33,940 nucleotides of DNA, taken from NCBI GenBank assembly GCA_054600435.1, contig BAAIJX010000028.1, positions 248,001-281,940 on the forward strand, read 5' to 3'. The position numbers were made by a program, and so were the translations under genes. Each line of letters begins with the position of its first letter. The stretch's first letter is position 1. This stretch comes from Neophaeotheca triangularis. Taxonomy: Eukaryota. The notes under the pieces are model-generated. The model ran no database searches. It worked only from the letters and a program-made list of their open reading frames with translations, and was not told the origin of the DNA. Shown one piece after another: positions 10,456-20,709 of the stretch.

Positions 10456-11896
10456 TCAGCGCGGCGGCCCCCGATTTGCCCATTGGCTAGTCGTGCTCGG
10501 TGGCTGCTGAGAGGCAGCATTGCTCCTAGCCCAAGGCGCCGCGGTAGCCGACGCCCCGGAATCCACGACCGGCTGCGCAGGCCTTGCACCCGGAGCCCAG
10601 GGCGCCCTCGTAGTGGGCACACCCGTACTCGCCTGCATCTGGGGTATCGCGGTAGCTGCAGCACCTCCGGGCTTCGCCCAAGGCGCCTTCGTACCAGCAC
10701 CACCGGCGGGCGCGGTACTGGTCGGTTGAGAGTTCGGCTGCTCTCGCTGATGCACGCTCGGCGCGGAAGCGGCAGCAACAGGCGCTTCTGGATCCCGCTC
10801 CCACTGGAATAGCGAGCCGAAAGGGAAATGCTGCACCACTGGGAACTTGCCCAAGACCTCCGCGGCGTACATTTTCAACATGCCCTTGTTGACTTTGCCC
10901 CAGCCGTCTTTGAGACCGCTGATGTCGTAGAGGATGGGGCTATGCTCCCAGAAGGGGCCGCGCTTGACGTCGTAGATGAATTGGATGGCGGAGAAGTACA
11001 TGTTTTTGGATCGGAGGGCGTGGACTGTGGGTTTGTCGGTGACGGATGATGGGGGAGGGGCATTGGGGTGAGAGGCTTCGGTTGGCGCCTTGGGGGTTGA
11101 GGGCGTGATTGGGGGCCCGAGTTGCGCGGAGCCGAGGATGTAGGGAATGAAATGATGGTCGTCGAGCCCCCAGACGCCGTGGGAGCCCGCGGGTTCGAGA
11201 GAGTAGAGGAGGATTAAGCGGCGGGTTAGTTCGAGGTACCTGGTGTTTGTGTTAGCTAGTTGGTTTCTGGGTGAGAGTTGAGGAACTGGCTTACGGTTGG
11301 ATCAGTCCTGTGACGATACTACGTTCCTCGCCCTCTTGGAAGGCGTTAAGTTTCCACAGGCAGCCGAGGAAAGCTAGGTAGCTTAGCTCGTGACCAGTGC
11401 CGTAGTCTAGTCTCTGAGCACTGCCAAAGCTTCCCATCAAGTAGGCTTGAAGTTCTTGCTTTAGCTCAGCGTGGTGGCGGTTCTCAAAGCCCGGGAGACT
11501 GTTCAGGAATTCGGCGAGGAGTTTCGGTGCATTCTCCTCTGCCAATTGGTACCATTTGCGAAAAGCTGCGTTACCGAAGCGCCGTGGTCCAGTGTCAGGA
11601 GGCGCTTGGTCAATAAGAGATGACAAGGCTGTATGTAGCTCTCTTAGCCCCTTCACGGCGGTTGAATGAATATTAGGGTCGGAGGCTGTCAGGGTGCTTT
11701 CTTGAAATTTGCCTTGGTCGTCTTGGACGGGAAACATTGACAGGTTGAGTTGTAGAAGCCATATTGAGAGATCCCTGTATGCCTTGGAAGCGAAGAAGAA
11801 AGTCAAGTCGTCGCCTTCGTTGATCTGCTTGGTTGGGGTCTGGGAGCGGTGTTCTTTTGGATTGGCCAATTTAGGGAGAGCTGGTCGCAGTGACAT
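10456..11896 (-). CDS. rrd1: Serine/threonine phosphatase 2A activator (PTPA, Rrd1/Ypa1-like); exons 11896-11295 and 11239-10456; 461 aa
   Basis: PTPA motifs [75 protein letters not shown]; canonical GTAAGC..CTAAC..CAG intron. Confidence 0.93.
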
Positions 11897-12008
11897 GGTC
11901 TTTGGAAGATATGAACAGTCGGAATGTGGTCCTCAGAAGCTTACCTAGACGTTGCAGATTGGGCTCAGGATGTCGGCGCTACTGTATATGGTAGGTGATA
12001 GCGCTGAT

Positions 12009-12043
12009 CACGTGTCATCGCGTCGCCCGGTTCGACGACGCGT
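12009..12043. promoter_or_regulatory. CACGTG E-box plus inverted CGCGTCG/CGACGCG with ACGCGT (MCB-like) in a divergent promoter
   Basis: CACGTG 12009-12014, CGCGTCG 12019-12025, CGACGCG 12036-12042; motif match only. Confidence 0.4.
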
Positions 12044-12419
12044 GAAGCTCTCGACCTCAACCTTGACGCCTTGCGTTTCTGCAATCGCTTCAAGCTGAAG
12101 GAACATCATGTAGCGCAATTCAAGAACTTAGCATCGACAAGTCTGAGTTGCGCATCCCACCGCGCATAGTACCACGGTACTCACAACCCTCGCCCTTACG
12201 ATTCTACCTCTAAACGCCTATGCGCCTAAGCGCTGTTTTCACCGACAATGTGTTAGGACGAGCGACGCAGCAATAGTCAACAGTCCCAATTCATCCCGCT
12301 CTAGTATCATATACGCTGCAACCGACAGGTTCGCATTCGACCTGAGAGGCTTTCCCGACTTCTCCAGCTCAAGCAGCGACCGATCAGAATACAACAACAA
12401 GCGCGACCTCAACACCGAC

Positions 12420-15047
12420 ATGCCACCTACCAAAGGCAAGCTGAAGCGGCCCACTGCAAAGTCCAACCCGCCATATCGCGATCACGCCGTAGTCAACGGG
12501 CAGCGCAAGCTACCCTCTCAAAAGCCGCGCGGAGACCTCTACGATGTCGAACAGTCGCCAATCAAAACTACCCATCCCCGTTTGAATGCGATTAAGCCCA
12601 CTGCCCCTCCCTTCTCGCCAATACGCAAACAGAAGACCGCCAGGAAGACGACTAAGAAGGCGGAGCGAATTCGTGAGAGGGACGAGGTGCAGGAAATGAT
12701 CGATCAACAGCTACGGGCGGAGACACCTGGTGTTGTAGCCCGAGCGTCGCGGGAGACTAGGGGCTCTCCTCGTGAGTCACCGCAGAGCCAGACTGCTCAT
12801 GTGGGAACAGCGCAACAGCGGGGATACGAAAGTATCAGAGAAGCAGCAGCCAAAGCTTTAGGGGCTGCTGATGATCAGTTTGACAGCGAGACTCAACGCC
12901 TCCAGTTTCAATCCTTTGGCCGTGACAAAGATGTACACCAAGGTACGGAAGCAGGCCAAGGTTCAGGGGCCGGCGAAGATCCAGATACCATTGATGCCTT
13001 CCTGGAGGAGTCAAGGCATGAACCCGAGCGTGCTCCAGCTCCCAATGCCACTACTACCACAGCTTCGGATCAAGACGCGCCTGAGAGCGAGGATGAGGGT
13101 GAAGTAGAAGGGGCCAGCGCCAGATCTGGGTCATCGCAGAAAGTGAGGCGAGGTCCGGCTCCACAAGCTCAAAAGGCGAAAGCCCCTCAACGGCAACTTA
13201 ACCGTGCTAAAGGCAGCACGAAAAGGCCAACAGAAGGGTCGACAGCCCCAGCAATTTCCAGCGGAACGAAGCGGCTTGCACATGTTGTGATACCAACACC
13301 TCCAAAACATCCACAGCGAGACCAGGCCCCTGAAACCCTCGAGGACAACAGATCAAGTGCCGATGAAGCGGCGCAATTATACGTGCCTGTGTCTAATGAC
13401 GAAGATGCTGAGAGGGAACCGTCGCCTGGGGAGGAGGGTCAGCAAGCGCGAGGCGGTCGACCTCTACATCAACAAATCGATAGGATTCAGCCAGACGAAC
13501 TGAATTTTCCTCAAGACGACACGGGGAGCGAAGACCGAAATTACAATCCGGGAAACATTCACGACGAAGAAGATGACGACGAAGATGACGATGAAGAGGA
13601 AGGCGAAGAAGCCTCACAGGAGGCCAAAAAGGCCGGTGCAAATAGGCGAAAGGCACCTGATACCGTAGGCAAAGCCAATACCAAAGCGAAGCGCACTGAG
13701 CGACCTCGTCCTACGGGCGACCTAGTAGAACGTCAAGATGAGTCGGAAAGTGAAGGCGAGCTCGATGGTAATGAATTCTACGGACAATTGAGGAAGCTAC
13801 GCCGTGTCTTCCGAACGGGCAAACGCATGCTTAAGACCGAGGAGGTTCTGGCGGATCCCATCATCAAAAATTTGGTGAAGATGTGCCGCGAATTGGGGAA
13901 GACACTCGACGGGGTCCCACATGCCGCTCGATTGGGAGAAGAAGAGCAGGAGCAAGCGGAAGAAGTCGTTGCAGACCGGATGAATGTTCTTATCAAGGGC
14001 TTGCGCAGCCTTTACAGCATTCGAGCAGACTCCGCGCCAGAGTTCAACAACGTACAACGAAGTCTTGACCTCCACGGGCACCTCTTTCCCCACGTGGTCA
14101 GTCTTCTCGAACGTTGGATCGATTGCTACACCTCGATCGACAACCTCCCGATCGCCCATCCGCTTACAGACGAGCACGTTCGAGACTTGATTAGGTTTAT
14201 CTCGCAAATTCACAACCTTGGCGAAGGGGCAAAGAATTACCGTGAACACGCCAAACCCGACTCAAGATTTAGCGTTGTCAGACCGGTAAAGAACGACGTT
14301 CTCGTTCCTCTGAGAGACGTCCACACTGCGCTTAAATTGCATACCCAAGAACAAATGCGGAGGGAGAGAGAGGCTAGAGAACGGGCGCGCTACGAGCACG
14401 AAAGGGAGGTCGTAGCCGAGCGCGAAAGAAGAGACGCTGAAGAGGCCGCTGCGTTCAACAAGGCGAGGAAAAAGTGGAACGATCTTCACATCGACCGTCG
14501 GGAAGCTGACGGCCCCCCATGGCACGTGGGCAACAGGTTCGTCCGCGAAAGACGCAATGCACACCTGCGATTCCCTGACTATATCATCAATGAGGATCAC
14601 AACGGCGAGCCGTTTATGCGTATGGAAGTCTTCCACCCCCGAGTTGGTCCTCCACCTGATCTCGCCGCGAGAGCTCGAAGCCGGCCATGGACGATGGTTC
14701 AGATTGCTGCGTTGGAGGAGGGGTTGAAAAAGTACGCTGGAAGAGAAGACGTCTTCAAGTGCATTTTTTGGAGGTACTGCACGCCACCCCCGGGCTATGC
14801 CGGGCATCCCGGGCGCAGAAGGAAGGACAACGATGGCGTTCTGTGGGACTTCAATGTTACAGAGATCGTTACATGGGCGGCGGATCTGAAGAGGTTCATC
14901 GTCCAGGGGCGCGAGGCTGGTGAGGAGGTTGAGCAGTGGGTGAGGGACATTCCAGTCTGGGTTCCTCCGGCCAGCACTGCTTACGGGCAGGAGAATCCGA
15001 CACACAGCGGGCAGATTGATCTGACTGGTTCTGGTGAGGACGAGTGA
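12420..15047 (+). CDS. Hypothetical nuclear protein (875 aa): long disordered/acidic N-half, helical middle domain, coiled coil, C-terminal Myb/SANT-like domain
   Basis: Uninterrupted 2.6-kb ORF; RPWTMVQIAALEEGLKKYAG...IF..Y...GVLWDFNVTEIVTWAADLK resembles a Myb repeat. Confidence 0.8.
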   Translation: MPPTKGKLKRPTAKSNPPYRDHAVVNGQRKLPSQKPRGDLYDVEQSPIKTTHPRLNAIKPTAPPFSPIRKQKTARKTTKKAERIRERDEVQEMIDQQLRAETPGVVARASRETRGSPRESPQSQTAHVGTAQQRGYESIREAAAKALGAADDQFDSETQRLQFQSFGRDKDVHQGTEAGQGSGAGEDPDTIDAFLEESRHEPERAPAPNATTTTASDQDAPESEDEGEVEGASARSGSSQKVRRGPAPQAQKAKAPQRQLNRAKGSTKRPTEGSTAPAISSGTKRLAHVVIPTPPKHPQRDQAPETLEDNRSSADEAAQLYVPVSNDEDAEREPSPGEEGQQARGGRPLHQQIDRIQPDELNFPQDDTGSEDRNYNPGNIHDEEDDDEDDDEEEGEEASQEAKKAGANRRKAPDTVGKANTKAKRTERPRPTGDLVERQDESESEGELDGNEFYGQLRKLRRVFRTGKRMLKTEEVLADPIIKNLVKMCRELGKTLDGVPHAARLGEEEQEQAEEVVADRMNVLIKGLRSLYSIRADSAPEFNNVQRSLDLHGHLFPHVVSLLERWIDCYTSIDNLPIAHPLTDEHVRDLIRFISQIHNLGEGAKNYREHAKPDSRFSVVRPVKNDVLVPLRDVHTALKLHTQEQMRREREARERARYEHEREVVAERERRDAEEAAAFNKARKKWNDLHIDRREADGPPWHVGNRFVRERRNAHLRFPDYIINEDHNGEPFMRMEVFHPRVGPPPDLAARARSRPWTMVQIAALEEGLKKYAGREDVFKCIFWRYCTPPPGYAGHPGRRRKDNDGVLWDFNVTEIVTWAADLKRFIVQGREAGEEVEQWVRDIPVWVPPASTAYGQENPTHSGQIDLTGSGEDE

Positions 15048-15452
15048 TGGGAGGTGAAGGCGCTTACTTACTTTTTGGGTAACGACGTAACGCTATAGAT
15101 GATTCATACGAGTTTTCACGATGCGACTAATTTACCTTTTCTTTGAGTGTCTGAATGTTGTTCGGACAGAAGGACCCGATTCGGTAGTAGCTTTGCCGAG
15201 GCCGTCAGTCAAATCACGCAATAAAGAAACGACATGAAGCGAGATCGGCTTTTCGCGACGGCTTCGGGGGGCGGGCGACTTTTTCACGACTTGACTCTCC
15301 TTACACCCCATACGCCCTCACGACTCGGGACGATTAATTGGAAGCCTCGTTAGGAATTGTGAAGAGCAGATTGTACAACACATGCCGCTGTATCCCACAT
15401 TCGCTCAATAGACAACTCCCCCGGCGTTTAATCGCCACAACCCACAACTAAG

Positions 15453-18400
15453 ATGCGTCTCCAAACCGCAGAGTCGAACGGCCCAGCCTCGACCAACGAA
15501 CACCACACCCTCGAGCACAAGTACATCACCACCTCGGGCGCCCTCCCCTTCGGCCAGGCCATTGACCTGCCCTCCATCTCCGGCCCAACCTACCTCACTG
15601 CCCAAACTCTCGTCCAGCAAGTCGCTTATGCTCTTTCGGACAAACTCTTCACCTACTCCCCCCCAACCTTCGACCTCGACGTCGCGGCCAAGAGCTGGAG
15701 CGCCAACGCGCAGAAGAGCGGCTGGGGCGATGTCACAGGCGTCACAGGTCTCGAGAGCCGAAATGGCGCGGCTAACATTGCGCTGGGATACATGTTCAGC
15801 CCGGACTTTGACATGGAGAAGCGCGCCGTGCCGCAGGGCATCATCGCCAGCGCTGCTGATTTGACAATGCTGAGGCCGTGCTTGGATCAACTGAGCCTGC
15901 TGTATGATGTTGCCAACCCGACGGCATTGCAGGTTGCTGCTGTTGAGTACGCGCCTGGAACTGCTGCTGGGTTGGTCACAGACTACTGCTCGGCTTTGAC
16001 GCTGGCGGAGGAGTTGGGCATGGGCTTGGTGGCCAGCAAGAGCGCGTACGAGGTTCAGCATATGAGCTTGTTGAGCACGCTCATGGCGTCTGTGTTGCCT
16101 TCGATGCATACCTACGATGGTATTACTGTTGGCCGTGAAACCACGCGGGTGGTCGACGCACTCAACGTGAAGAGCCTTAAGCGCACTTACGACGCTGTCC
16201 TGAAGGAAGGCAAGGACGACATGTCCTCGAAGCGTTTGACTAATGACGGAAAGATGTCGAAGTTGATGCAGGCTTTCAATGCAGAGCTTGGAACTGAATA
16301 CAAGTGCTTTGAGTACTCTGGACACCAGGAGCCGACGGGCGTGCTGGTGGTTTTTGGCACTGTGGAGGCGTCTTTGGGAAGCCAGATTGCTGAGGCTCTC
16401 TCCAAGACTGGCAGCAAAGTTGGCGTTATTAACGTCCGTGTTTACAGGCCGTTCGTCGAGGAAGAGTTCTTGGCAGCTCTATCCTCGAGTGTTCAGCAAA
16501 TTACCGTACTTGGTCAGGTCAGCGATCAAGCCGCGGTCACGGACACCGCCATCACCAGTAACTTGTACAGCGACGTGCTGGCTGCTGTCAATTTCCAAGG
16601 CATGACGACTGGCAAGGAGCCCGCCGTGTACGATGTCAAGTACTCTCGTGAAACCGTCTGGACTGTCACCAAGATGGAGCAATTGCTTCGTCGTCTCAGC
16701 TTGAAGCCAGGCCAAGCTACGGAGGAGAAGCCGGACCAGCCGCTCCGCCTCGTGAGCGATGAGACCAGGCAATACTCCTTCTGGGATCTTGACGTGAGCA
16801 AGAGCGTCAGCGCCCCGATGATGATCGGACAATTGCTCTCCGACGACAGTGCGCAAAATATCAGTGTGCGCAGCGGCCATGACAACCTTGCGCAGGGCGG
16901 TGTGGTGCGTACTGATGTTCGTGCCTCTCCAAAGAGCATCGAAGCTGCTTACAGCGTGCGCGATGCCGATGTGGCTGTCGTTGGCGGTGCTAGCTTGCTC
17001 AAGGAATTCGGCGTGATTGACAGCATCCGGCAAGAGGGCACGCTCATCCTCAGCTCGCCTGGCTGGAAGGATGAAGATGTTGAGAAGAAGCTGTCCACGG
17101 CCGCCCGAAAGGCTATTGCTACTCGTAAGATTCAGCTCTTGGTGTTGGATCCCACTGCTTCGGCCAAGGTTGCTGAGCAGCCAGAGTTGGGAAGCTTTCT
17201 TTTGCAGCTCGCTTTCTTGAAGATTGCTCGCACAGACATCTACGAGACTGGATTGAAGAAGTTGCAGGCTGGTGACGAGGTTTTGGAAACTCTGGCCAAA
17301 GACCTCGAGACTGCTTTGAAGACTATCGAGGTGCCCGAGAGCTGGCTCACGATCGAGTTGGAAGCGAACGAGGCTCTTCCGGCTGCTGAAGATCTCAACG
17401 TAAACAGCTTCACACCGTTCGAGAATATTGATGAGGAGCCCCCGACTCTGCTGAAAGACTGGGTGACTGCTGCCAAGGGTCTGGCTTTCAAGGAAGCTTA
17501 CGGTACTCGCGCAGCCCTTCGCCCCGACCTCGCGACCAAGACGTCTATTGTCACCGTCAAGGAGCACCGTCGCCTGACGCCTGCCGACTACGACCGTAAT
17601 ATCTTCCACATTGAATTCGACCTTGGCGATTCTGGCTTGAAGTACGACATTGGCGAAGCTCTCGGCATCCACGCCGAGAACGACCCAGTCGAGGTCGAGG
17701 AGTTCATCAAGTGGTACGGCTTGAACCCCGAGGAGATTGTTGAGGTTCCTTCTCGTGAGGATCCCAACGTCCTCGAGAACAGGACCGTTTACCAGGCCTT
17801 GCTGCAAAATGTTGACATCTTTGGTCGTCCACCCAAGCGTTTCTATGAGGCTCTTTCCGAGTTTGCCGACTCGGAGAAGGAGAAGACTCAGCTGCTCATG
17901 CTTGGCACTGGTGGTAACCAGGAGTCGGTGGTGGAGTTCAAGCGTCGTGCAGAGGTCGACACTGTCACTTTCGCCGACATTCTCCTCGAGTTCCCCTCCG
18001 CACACCCAAGCTTCCACGAGATCGTCCGGATCGTCAACCCCATGAAGCGTCGTGAATACTCTGTCGCCTCTTCCCAAAAGGTCACACCCAACAGCATCTC
18101 CCTGCTCATCGTCACCGTCAACTGGGTCGACCCCAAGGGCCGCGACCGTTTCGGACAAGCCACCCGCTACCTCGACACCCTACCAGTGGGCGCTCAAGTC
18201 ACCGTATCCGTCAAGCCATCAGTCATGAAGCTTCCCCCCAAAACCACCCAGCCGCTCATCATGGCTGGCCTGGGCACGGGTCTCGCGCCCTTCCGTGCCT
18301 TCGTGCAGGAACGCGCTTACCAAAAACAAGTCCTGGGTCAACCCATCGGCGACGTCTTCCTCTACATGGGCTCCCGCCACCAACGCGAAGAATACCTCTA

Positions 18401-18719
18401 CGGCGAGGAATGGGAAGCTTACCGCGACGCGGGCATCATCACACTGCTCGGCTGCGCTTTCTCTCGTGACCAGAAGCAGAAGATTTACATCCAGGACAAG
18501 ATGCGTCAAACGCTCACGGACATCCGTCGCGCTTATTTGGAGGAGGAGGGTGCCTTCTACTTGTGTGGGCCTACTTGGCCTGTGCCGGATGTCACTGCTG
18601 TGCTCGAGGAGGCTGTAGTGACGGAGAGTGCGGCGAAGGGAGACAAGAAGCTTAAGGATGGGGCTAAGGAGATTGAGAGGTTGAAGGAGGAGTTGAGGTA
18701 TGTGTTGGAGGTGTACTAG
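15453..18719 (+). CDS. MET10: Sulfite reductase [NADPH] flavoprotein (alpha) subunit, 1088 aa, intronless
   Basis: N-terminal PFOR-like region (VGVINVRVYRPF); FAD-binding RLTPADYDRNIFHIEFD and RREYSVASS; NADPH-binding IMAGLGTGLAPFRAFVQER, AFSRDQKQKIYIQD, FYLCGP; C-terminus RYVLEVY. Confidence 0.96.
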   Translation: MRLQTAESNGPASTNEHHTLEHKYITTSGALPFGQAIDLPSISGPTYLTAQTLVQQVAYALSDKLFTYSPPTFDLDVAAKSWSANAQKSGWGDVTGVTGLESRNGAANIALGYMFSPDFDMEKRAVPQGIIASAADLTMLRPCLDQLSLLYDVANPTALQVAAVEYAPGTAAGLVTDYCSALTLAEELGMGLVASKSAYEVQHMSLLSTLMASVLPSMHTYDGITVGRETTRVVDALNVKSLKRTYDAVLKEGKDDMSSKRLTNDGKMSKLMQAFNAELGTEYKCFEYSGHQEPTGVLVVFGTVEASLGSQIAEALSKTGSKVGVINVRVYRPFVEEEFLAALSSSVQQITVLGQVSDQAAVTDTAITSNLYSDVLAAVNFQGMTTGKEPAVYDVKYSRETVWTVTKMEQLLRRLSLKPGQATEEKPDQPLRLVSDETRQYSFWDLDVSKSVSAPMMIGQLLSDDSAQNISVRSGHDNLAQGGVVRTDVRASPKSIEAAYSVRDADVAVVGGASLLKEFGVIDSIRQEGTLILSSPGWKDEDVEKKLSTAARKAIATRKIQLLVLDPTASAKVAEQPELGSFLLQLAFLKIARTDIYETGLKKLQAGDEVLETLAKDLETALKTIEVPESWLTIELEANEALPAAEDLNVNSFTPFENIDEEPPTLLKDWVTAAKGLAFKEAYGTRAALRPDLATKTSIVTVKEHRRLTPADYDRNIFHIEFDLGDSGLKYDIGEALGIHAENDPVEVEEFIKWYGLNPEEIVEVPSREDPNVLENRTVYQALLQNVDIFGRPPKRFYEALSEFADSEKEKTQLLMLGTGGNQESVVEFKRRAEVDTVTFADILLEFPSAHPSFHEIVRIVNPMKRREYSVASSQKVTPNSISLLIVTVNWVDPKGRDRFGQATRYLDTLPVGAQVTVSVKPSVMKLPPKTTQPLIMAGLGTGLAPFRAFVQERAYQKQVLGQPIGDVFLYMGSRHQREEYLYGEEWEAYRDAGIITLLGCAFSRDQKQKIYIQDKMRQTLTDIRRAYLEEEGAFYLCGPTWPVPDVTAVLEEAVVTESAAKGDKKLKDGAKEIERLKEELRYVLEVY

Positions 18720-19067
18720 GTGGTTTCTTTGTGCGTAAGGGACGTTGGCATTGTCGTAATATAGAACGTTGAATTAATGCAGCAGTTGGCTGGATACTAC
18801 TTTGCCCGCTGTTCTGTAACAAGTATCAATTGTTTGCTCATCGATGTAGCACTCCCGGCGAGTCTTACATGAGGCATGTAGGTAGTCAGTTGAGCTACGG
18901 TATCCTTGGCGCTCGCGATCGGCGTCGACCAATTACGTCAGGGCGAATGCTAACTTCATCCGCTGCGACATTGAGCTTCAAGCTTCCCTACAACACCTCC
19001 CAGACACCGCAATAGTAGGACCGCTCAGAATCATTCAGCCCGCCGAACACCGAGATCAACCCTCACC

Positions 19068-19697
19068 ATGTCCCTCCTCCGCCGCACCCTCCGCTTTCCC
19101 GCCCAACCCAGCACCACTTTCCGCACCTCGCAGCGCCTCCCCCTCACCGCCCGGCCCTTCTCGCAATCCACTCTCCGCTCCTACCCGCGCAAGGACTCGC
19201 AGGATAAAGACAGCATCAACACCGAGGCGACTGAGTACAGCAAGTCGGGCACGGATGATCAGTCCGCTTCCGCTACGGAGAATACCGCTTTTGACCCCAA
19301 GACGACGAGTCCCGAGGCCGAGCATAGGCAGGCTAATCGGGAGGTTGGTGGGGATGAGGTGAGTTTTCTTTTGGCTTCTTTTGGCTTCTGGTGCGGTTGG
19401 TTGCGTGAGAGGTGGGTGGAGCGGTACGGTCTGGGGTCTGCCATGTTCGCGTGCTGTTTTATGTGTGTAATTGTTGCTGACTCTGTTATGCTCGGCTAGT
19501 CCGCGAACCCTCTAAATGTCTCGCCCGCCAACCAGGAAGTTTCCAAACCCCGCGGGCAGCAGGAGGGCGGTCCCGAGGGTAGCTCGAAGGAGACGGGTGG
19601 GAAGCGTGACAACAGCGATCGCGAAAGGACGAGTGGAGGCGCCAGTCCGCCGAAGTCTGGGAGCGGGCAGCACGGTGGTGGTGGAGGATCTTCTTAG
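19068..19697 (+). CDS. Small hydrophilic protein with mitochondrial-presequence-like N-terminus; exons 19068-19358 and 19500-19697; 162 aa
   Basis: Arg/Ser-rich acid-free N-terminus MSLLRRTLRF...ARPFSQSTLRSY; TEYSKSGTDD, AFDPKTTSPE, NPLNVSPANQEVSK; GTGAGT..GCTGAC..TAG intron keeps frame. Confidence 0.8.
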
Positions 19698-20265
19698 AAA
19701 GTCTGTGGAGGCAGTGTATGATACTGGCACGATGCGATGTTTGAGAAGAGCGGGCTTGGTGGGACCGTGGGAGGAAGACGAACTGCGCATTACACTAGGC
19801 TGGACGATAGATGCATGGAGTTGTCAGGCATAGCGAATCAAGATACCATCAGTGTCAATCTCGTCTTGAAACGATATCGACGTATGAAATTTTTGAGTCG
19901 GGTACAGGTATTGCAATTTTCTCACCTTGGTATCTTACGAACGGCACAGATGCGGACGAAGAAAAGAGACGAAAAAGGATGAGAGGGGAGATTGGAGCGC
20001 GACGCCTTGTGCTATTGCCCGCTAATTGTCTTGTGAAAAGCTAAGAGCTGTGACAACTAGATGTCAACCAAGCAATAAACCCAATACTTGAAAGAGGCCA
20101 TTACCGGAGCAAGGAGACAGCATGAGCACCCTGACTTTTTTCGCTTGACCGACAGAAAAGGCAAGCAAGCTAATGTCCAACTCCCACGCGCAACAGGAGA
20201 ACAAAACGCATTAGAGAGATAGCCAGCACCCCAAAGCCAACGTAACCAACCTGGCCGAGCAACCC

Positions 20266-20709
20266 CTACCTCGGCCCCGGTTTACAACTAGGGCCCCCCA
20301 TACAAAAGAACCTCCCACACCTCGGGCAAACCGGCGGCCTTGATCCCCTCTTCCGCGGGCTCTCAATCTCGACATCATGCCCGGCCTTCACCCCAGGGGC
20401 AAAAGAAACGCTCTTCTTCCTCTGCAGCATCGGCTTCAGAACTAAAAAGCGTTGAGCGCGAACTTGCTGCGGAGAGGGTTTTGCGGGTGGAGGTTTTGGT
20501 ATCGTGGCAATGGGGGCGGCTTTGCCGCCGATGGGAGGAGTTCTGTTGCGGTTATTTTCGGTGCGTTTCGTTATCGTCGTTGTCCAGCCGGTCGGGTTGT
20601 GGGATTTTGTCGCTGTGGTGGTGGTGATGTGGGTCGGGGTTGTGGTTTTCTTGGTCCAACTTTGTTCCACGGACCAGGGGTGCAGACTTGACCGCTGGGT
20701 AGTGGTCAT
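20266..20709 (-). CDS. Possible small basic hypothetical protein (147 aa) with C-terminal CPRCGRFFC..C motif
   Basis: First ATG of the 20266-20931 frame in good context (ACCATG); Thr/Pro-rich, KKSVSF motif, four terminal Cys. Confidence 0.4.
   Translation of the reverse strand: MTTTQRSSLHPWSVEQSWTKKTTTPTHITTTTATKSHNPTGWTTTITKRTENNRNRTPPIGGKAAPIATIPKPPPAKPSPQQVRAQRFLVLKPMLQRKKSVSFAPGVKAGHDVEIESPRKRGSRPPVCPRCGRFFCMGGPSCKPGPR

Noticed and set aside
15405..18158. Long antisense ORFs (306 aa, 559 aa) opposite MET10
   Set aside because: Shadow frames expected from strong codon bias of the sense gene; no recognisable protein features
19359..19499. Hydrophobic Cys-rich C-terminus of the 143-aa ORF
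   Set aside because: It is translated GT-rich intron (GTGAGT..GCTGAC..TAG); the spliced product is more coherent
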